In this document: positions 47,114 to 52,334 of the stretch, one piece after another
Numbering within the stretch: position 1 is the stretch's first letter
How the letters are laid out: every line of letters starts with the position of its first letter
Virus record (IMG/VR): IMGVR_UViG_3300049491_000673
Coordinates: 1 to 52,334 of that record
Reading direction: 5' to 3' (one strand)
Source: a virus
Taxonomy: Duplodnaviria > Caudoviricetes
DNA length: 52,334 bases
Position numbers and translations under genes: made by a program
Notes under the pieces: generated by a model
Seen by the model: only the letters and a program-made list of their open reading frames with translations
Database searches by the model: none
What the model was told of the DNA's origin: nothing

Positions 47114-48001
47114 ATGGCAATATTCTCGAATATGTTTGGCGGCGGAGGCCAACAGCAGAATCAACAAGGGAATGGGCAGGGGAGCGACCAGGGCGGCACC
47201 GGGAATGGTGATATGAATCAAAACAGCGACCAGGGTATGTACGACGATGGCACCGAGGACAATGGACTCGAGATCTTCGGCGAATTGTTCAGCGAGGACG
47301 ATGGTGACGGCGGTGATGGCACTGGTGATGATCAGAATCAGAACCAGAATCAAAATCAAAATCAAAACCAGAACCAAAACCAGAATCAGAACCAGGGCGC
47401 CGGCGAGACCGACGAGCAGAAGATCGCCAAGGAGGTTCAGACTCTCTGGAATGCGATGACGGTGCCGGAAACGGTGATTCCGGAGAACTTCGATCCTACA
47501 GACCCCAAGCAGCTACGTGATGTGCTGGTGAAGTCGAATCAGGCGGCGGCACAACAGGTGATGGCCATGGTGTTCAAGCCCATGCAGGCGAGTCTGACGG
47601 CCTTCGCGAAGGATATTCGGCAGGAGCTGCAGGCTGGATTCCAGCAATATGGCAACCAGACCGGCGCACAGCAGGCACTGGAAACGATCGTGCCAGAGGT
47701 TCGAGATCCGAATCTCAAAGGCTTGGTCAATAGTCTGTTCTCCCAGGGCCAGAAGAAGTTCCCGAAGAATCCGACGCAGGCTGCTCAGGCCGTGCGCAAG
47801 GCACTCGATGTGATGGGAATCACAGGGCGTCAGAGTGGATCGGACCCTTCCAGGGGGGATTCTAACAACAGCCAGGGAGGGACGTTCAAGACTGGCAAGG
47901 ATGCGCTGGATATGTTTTTGCCGATGCCCAAGCGGCCCCAGAATGATCAGCAGAATCGCAATCAAGGCGGCACCGGGAATCAGAACCAGAACCGTCGGTG
48001 A
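47114..48001 (+). CDS. Capsid scaffolding protein
   Basis: Acidic, Q/N/G-rich disordered N-terminus and helical core; directly before the capsid gene. Confidence 0.7.
   Translation: MAIFSNMFGGGGQQQNQQGNGQGSDQGGTGNGDMNQNSDQGMYDDGTEDNGLEIFGELFSEDDGDGGDGTGDDQNQNQNQNQNQNQNQNQNQNQGAGETDEQKIAKEVQTLWNAMTVPETVIPENFDPTDPKQLRDVLVKSNQAAAQQVMAMVFKPMQASLTAFAKDIRQELQAGFQQYGNQTGAQQALETIVPEVRDPNLKGLVNSLFSQGQKKFPKNPTQAAQAVRKALDVMGITGRQSGSDPSRGDSNNSQGGTFKTGKDALDMFLPMPKRPQNDQQNRNQGGTGNQNQNRR
47333..47395 (+). repeat. Coding hexamer repeat (CARAAY)10 encoding (QN)10Q
   Basis: Read directly; synonymous variation between units. Confidence 0.9.
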
Positions 48002-48010
48002 TGTCTGCTG

Positions 48011-48047
48011 GCGGTGGTTAAGGACGTGAGTCACCCTTAACCACCGC
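48011..48047 (+). promoter_or_regulatory. Stem-loop between scaffold and capsid genes
   Basis: GCGGTGGTTAAGG pairs with CCTTAACCACCGC (13 bp); the loop contains GTGAGTCAC. Confidence 0.55.
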
Positions 48048-48156
48048 AATTTCCCTAGCGTTGGAGTCAGACAAGAGTTACGTTCAATTGGTAAGTAAAT
48101 CCCTGCGAACCGGACCAAGGTCCACGATTCAAACGCGAAACGCAAAGGAGATTCAA

Positions 48157-49353
48157 ATGGCCGTTCGCGGAGTTTTTGCAAGTCACTCCGGTATCATCGG
48201 AGATCGAAGGGCGGATTTGTCCGCTCGAGTCCTCATGAACATGCCCGGCGGCTCTGCTCCGCTTCTGGCTCTTTCGTCCGGAATGCCGTCGTCGCCGGCG
48301 AATGACACGGCGTTCAGCTGGATCGAGGATTCGCATATCAGCGGCAATACCACGGTCGTCGGCACAGTCGGCTCGGGTGCGGTGACTGTTGTGGTTGCTG
48401 ATTCGAACATCTGGGTGCCCAACAGCATCATCATGAACCAGGCGACCGGCGAATACATGCTCGTGACTTCGGTCAACGGGAACAGCATCGGAATCCTTCG
48501 TGGCCTCGCCGGTACAACGGCAGCGGCTCTGACGAACGCCGATGCGCTTCAGTCAATCGGCTCTGGATTCGAAGAGGGCGGCGGAAAACCGACTCCTGTC
48601 AGCCAGCGCGGCGCCAGCATCACGAACTACGTCCAGATTTTCAAGAACGGCTGGGCGATCACCGGCACGGCGCAATCGATCGACTTCGTGACCGGCAGCC
48701 AGATGGCGATGAATCGCGAACAGGCGGCCGCCTATCACGCGGAGGACATCGAACGTGCGTTCTTCTGGGGCAAGAAGGATGTGCGGACCGTCAACAACAA
48801 GCAGTTCCGACTCACCAACGGCGTGCTCTCTCAGATCGCCAGCTACGGCGGACTCGTGTCGCCGGCGAACTACGGCGGTACTCCTGGTGCGATGGCTCTG
48901 GCTGGACTCCAGACCTTCATGCGGCAGATTTTCGACAAGCGCGTCAAGGGCTTGCCGAACGAGCGCATCGCGTTCTGTGGTTCGATCGTGCTGGAACTGA
49001 TTCAGAACATGGTGCTGAAAGACACCACGTATCAGATCACGGCCAACGAGAACAGCTACGGGATTCAGGTGACCACCCTGAACTTCTTCAACGGCCAGCT
49101 GAAGCTCGTGACTCATCCGCTGATGGTCGAAAACGCGACCTGGCAGCACGAGCTCTACGTCCTGCATCCCGGACTGATTCGAAAGCGGATCAAGCGCGAC
49201 TCGTGGTCGGAGGAGTTTTCGCCGCAGAAGCAGAACAACAACGGCATCGATGCGACCGAGGGCTATATCGCGATCGAACTGGGATTCGAGCTCAAGGGCG
49301 CCGCTTGCATGGGCATCATGCGGAACATCCAGACCGCGGTGAAGTCCTTCTAG
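48157..49353 (+). CDS. Major capsid protein (DUF5309/SU10-like, HK97 fold)
   Basis: AAGGAG RBS; FSWIED, NYVQIF....ITGTAQ, H..DIE.AFFWG, TNGVL; strong codon bias. Confidence 0.88.
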   Translation: MAVRGVFASHSGIIGDRRADLSARVLMNMPGGSAPLLALSSGMPSSPANDTAFSWIEDSHISGNTTVVGTVGSGAVTVVVADSNIWVPNSIIMNQATGEYMLVTSVNGNSIGILRGLAGTTAAALTNADALQSIGSGFEEGGGKPTPVSQRGASITNYVQIFKNGWAITGTAQSIDFVTGSQMAMNREQAAAYHAEDIERAFFWGKKDVRTVNNKQFRLTNGVLSQIASYGGLVSPANYGGTPGAMALAGLQTFMRQIFDKRVKGLPNERIAFCGSIVLELIQNMVLKDTTYQITANENSYGIQVTTLNFFNGQLKLVTHPLMVENATWQHELYVLHPGLIRKRIKRDSWSEEFSPQKQNNNGIDATEGYIAIELGFELKGAACMGIMRNIQTAVKSF

Positions 49354-49390
49354 TTCGGCGGCGAAGGTTCGAGGGCTGAATCGCCGAATA

Positions 49391-49429
49391 GCTGGGTCTG
49401 CTGCTTCCTGAGGTTCAAGCAGACCCAGC
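49391..49429 (+). terminator. Stem-loop after the capsid gene
   Basis: GCTGGGTCTGCT pairs with AGCAGACCCAGC; no strong U-tract. Confidence 0.5.
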
Positions 49430-49471
49430 GTCCCTCGTGAATCTCACATAGAGTTCAAAGGAATAGGGGAA

Positions 49472-50014
49472 ATGAATAGCTATAGGCACAGAGAGTTCAT
49501 GCGATTCCAGATCGGCGAGTGGGAGTTCAACGACTTCGTGCTCACGATTCCGGACGAGAACGACAACTACAGGTTCTTGGAACTGCTGTCCAAGCAACCG
49601 CGACTCGATCAGCTCCAGATCGTCGAATTCAATCCGGAGGCCGAGCGCCTGGCGAACATCAGCATGGCCGAGCGATTCGACGCAGCACGAGGACGTATCG
49701 GCAAGCAACAGGTGTTCAAGGGCGGCGCCCAGGATTCAACCGGCATGGTTGACGGTCCGAAGGACGGAAGTGCTGTGGCTCGGCAGCAGTTGCTGGCAGA
49801 GCAGGCTGAGACTGATCGTCTGGAGAAGCTGCGGATTCAGAATGAAGCAGCGCAGTTGGCGGCCGACAAGGCGAAGCGCGACGAGTTCATGGCGGAGCAG
49901 GCAGAGAAGGAGCGACTCGCCAAGGAAGAAGCATCGGCAGCGGCGGCGGAGCAGGCGGCGAAGGACGAAGCGGCCAAGAAGGCGGCTGCTGGAATCATCG
50001 CGTCCAAGAAGTAA
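49472..50014 (+). CDS. Hypothetical protein with Ala/Glu/Lys coiled-coil tail
   Basis: AGGGG RBS; follows the capsid gene. Confidence 0.7.
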   Translation: MNSYRHREFMRFQIGEWEFNDFVLTIPDENDNYRFLELLSKQPRLDQLQIVEFNPEAERLANISMAERFDAARGRIGKQQVFKGGAQDSTGMVDGPKDGSAVARQQLLAEQAETDRLEKLRIQNEAAQLAADKAKRDEFMAEQAEKERLAKEEASAAAAEQAAKDEAAKKAAAGIIASKK

Positions 50015-50043
50015 GCTTGCAGGTGAGCTAGTCGGAGTCGCAG

Positions 50044-50733
50044 ATGACCACATTCAGTCAAATGGTTGATGAACTGGTGCTGGAACATCTGCGACCCGAT
50101 TTGAAAACCAGTATTTGTGCCTATCTGAATCAAACAATACGGGAAGTGCATTCCGACAAGAACGGAATCCCGATTCTGTTTAATTCAAATAGGAACGAGC
50201 TGGATTACACAGTGACTGTACTGCCGGTCGTATGGCCGATTCCATCCGTGCCACGGTTCCAGAAACTTGACACGGCGTACTATCCGGAGAGCGGGCGGTA
50301 TGCTAAGGAGCGGGCTCTGAGTCGGGCTTACGATAATGGAGTTGGATCAGACGATGCCTATTGGTATCGATCGGGCCAGAACATCGTTTTCAATGGAGTT
50401 CTGGTTGGGAATCATATCTATCTGGCATGGTTTGAGTTCCCACGGCAACTGCTGTATTATGCTGTTGCGGATCGTCCAGCCACCTACGATGTGGAGAATG
50501 ATTCATACACCTATCTCCCTGCATACGATGTGGATGCAACGACTCGCGAAGACGCGGTAAACAAGACGGATAATTGGCTCCTGACTCGTTGGCCAGAGAT
50601 GATGAAACAGGGAGTCAGGTCTAAGATCTTCTCCAGGCTCGGGGAGGATGTGAGAGCGAAAACGAACTATTCGCTCTATGAGTCGCAGCGTGCTGGACTC
50701 ATCGGTTCCGAGCAATATAACTTGAACGGTTAA
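50044..50733 (+). CDS. Head-tail adaptor (tail tubular A-like)
   Basis: MTTFSQMVDELV...RPDL, NWLLTRWP; size and synteny match podovirus adaptors. Confidence 0.6.
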   Translation: MTTFSQMVDELVLEHLRPDLKTSICAYLNQTIREVHSDKNGIPILFNSNRNELDYTVTVLPVVWPIPSVPRFQKLDTAYYPESGRYAKERALSRAYDNGVGSDDAYWYRSGQNIVFNGVLVGNHIYLAWFEFPRQLLYYAVADRPATYDVENDSYTYLPAYDVDATTREDAVNKTDNWLLTRWPEMMKQGVRSKIFSRLGEDVRAKTNYSLYESQRAGLIGSEQYNLNG

Positions 50734-50751
50734 CCTCCAAAGGAGAATCAA

Positions 50752-51162
50752 ATGGCCACCCTTCAATCCCCGTATAAGTTGTCGAAGGCATTCGATCAGC
50801 AGATTCAAGATCTTTCGTCCAAGCAGGCGGACATGAGCGTCGGCTACGACGACAACACGGTGGCCTACACGGCTGCTCGACTCATCGATGCGACCGACAT
50901 GGGCAAGTTCCTTTATATCACCACAGCCGGCGCCATCAACGTGACGTTGCAGTCGGACGCGAATGCTCCTGGAATCACGATCGGCCAGGAATGCGAAGTC
51001 ATGCAGGCGGGCGCTGGACTCATCACGTTCCTTGCTGGCGGCGGTGCGACGGTGAACAAGGCGGTTCCGACGCTCAAGACGCTCGGCCAGTGGAGTCGGT
51101 GCAAGGTCAAGAAGGTGGCGGCCAACACGTGGGTCGTCAACGGTGATCTCGCTCTGGTCTAA
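50752..51162 (+). CDS. Virion fibre/decoration domain protein
   Basis: AAGGAG RBS; D.GK...VTL...IG....Q.GAG.ITF..G...GQWS...KVAANTWVVNGDL pattern. Confidence 0.6.
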   Translation: MATLQSPYKLSKAFDQQIQDLSSKQADMSVGYDDNTVAYTAARLIDATDMGKFLYITTAGAINVTLQSDANAPGITIGQECEVMQAGAGLITFLAGGGATVNKAVPTLKTLGQWSRCKVKKVAANTWVVNGDLALV

Positions 51163-51273
51163 TCCTTGGCGCTGGGAGTGCGAGAGTTCTCCCTAGCTGA
51201 CTCGGAGACGGGGACCAGCAACCGCCATGGTGCTGGTCCCCGTTTGTGCATATGGGTGTGAAGGGGACTCACA

Positions 51274-51975
51274 ATGACTGGCCTGAATGTAGAGGAACTG
51301 AAAGTAACACAGCAGAAGCTGAAGGACGAAGGATTCGATCCTGGTGTGATCGATGGCCTGTGGGGCAGGAATACGTCCAGAGCAGTTCGTGCTTTTCAGT
51401 CGACTCAACATCTTGATCCCACGGGGATTCTAGACGAGCCTACGATGAAGGCACTCGGCCTTCAAAAGAAGATGAAGGCATTCGAGGTTGATCCTCCGTG
51501 GCTCGCGCTTGCACGGCAGAAGATGGGATTCCTTGAGAACGAGGAGCGGACCAAGGCGTTTCTAAAGGCCGATGGCAAGACACTCGGCGATCCGAGTCAG
51601 TTCCCATGGTGCGGAGATTTCATCGAGACGTGCTTTGGGCTCACGCTGCGGGATGAGATTCTTCCTGTGAATCCATATTATGCCCTGAATTGGCTCAAGT
51701 GGGGTCAAGGGCTCACAGAGCCTGCATTGGGCTGTGTGGGAGTCAAGAAGCGATTCCAGAACAAGGTGCTGGTTGGTGGCCATGTGTTCTTCGTGGTCGG
51801 TCAGACGCAGTTGAACATATTTGCTCTCGGAGGGAATCAGAGCAATCGCGTCAGCATCGTGACCATCAGCAAGAATGTTGTCGAGGGTTATCGCTGGCCT
51901 TCGACTCAGCCGCTGCCCCCTCCGATGGGCATCAGCCCTCCAGGCAGCTTTGCACGCGGTGGTAGTGAGGCATAG
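51274..51975 (+). CDS. Endolysin: peptidoglycan-binding domain plus TIGR02594-type NlpC/P60 peptidase
   Basis: QQKLKDEGFDPGVIDGLWGRNTSRAVRAFQ...L..TGILD; PWC, GHVFFV, LGGNQSNRV. Confidence 0.88.
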   Translation: MTGLNVEELKVTQQKLKDEGFDPGVIDGLWGRNTSRAVRAFQSTQHLDPTGILDEPTMKALGLQKKMKAFEVDPPWLALARQKMGFLENEERTKAFLKADGKTLGDPSQFPWCGDFIETCFGLTLRDEILPVNPYYALNWLKWGQGLTEPALGCVGVKKRFQNKVLVGGHVFFVVGQTQLNIFALGGNQSNRVSIVTISKNVVEGYRWPSTQPLPPPMGISPPGSFARGGSEA

Positions 51976-51983
51976 AGGGAATC

Positions 51984-52207
51984 ATGTCTTTCAAATCCAG
52001 CCCAGGGAACATTCCTATCGTGCGTGAGATTCTCATGCGCGGTGATCCGGAGCGTGGAATCAAAGGTTTGAGAGGGTTCGCGTTGGCTGGAGCACTGGCC
52101 AGGGTGAAGTCTGAATCACAGTTCGATCCAAAGGCGGTTCGGCTGAATGATGCTGGGCCGGGAAAGCATAGCCGTGGCTTGCTTCAGTGGAATCGTTCGC
52201 GCTTGGC
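51984..52207 (+). CDS. 5' part of the tail-lysozyme gene (continues at position 1)
   Basis: GAGGG RBS and ATG 51984; open to the end of the window and in frame with ORF 5..844. Confidence 0.75.
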
Positions 52208-52334
52208 TCGTTTGCAGAGGTATGCAAACGATACTGGGCAGGACTGGAATGACGTGCGGACTCAGGCCAAGTACTTCCTACGCGAAGTCAATGGGCTTGA
52301 GGAGCCAAAGGAGAAGAAGTATGGCGCTCAACTC

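Noticed and set aside
52208-52334. Terminal direct repeat as a biological DTR
   Set aside because: It is exactly 127 bp and falls mid-gene, which fits an assembler k-mer overlap.

Overview
The window is an apparently complete, circularly permuted 52,207-bp tailed-phage genome (a 127-bp assembly overlap joins the ends). It is podovirus-like and probably lytic: I see no integrase, RNA polymerase, tRNA or DNA methyltransferase. The + strand arm (42.4 kb through the junction to 16.9 kb) carries terminase, portal, scaffold, major capsid, adaptor, endolysin, tail lysozyme, a modular fibre cluster, nozzle, three ejection-type proteins and a holin-like gene. The - strand arm (39.2 to 16.9 kb) carries large unknown genes, a RecD-like helicase, a Cas4-like nuclease, a Sak4-like ATPase, an SSB, a stand-alone UDG-like domain, a family A DNA polymerase, a dNMP kinase, a DUF3987-like protein and two HNH endonucleases. 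Two repeat-rich non-coding regions (39.5-40.3 and 41.9-42.4 kb) flank a short rightward block. The most striking signal is not a gene. GANTC, the target of the alphaproteobacterial CcrM methylase, occurs about once per 50-75 bp in my hand-counted samples, against about 1 per 256 by chance. It is found on both arms, inside the AT-rich HNH genes and next to many start codons. The polymerase also has unusual active-site residues (Asp at the steric gate, His at position 762), and no primase is recognisable. All family calls come from motif recognition by eye, not database searches.
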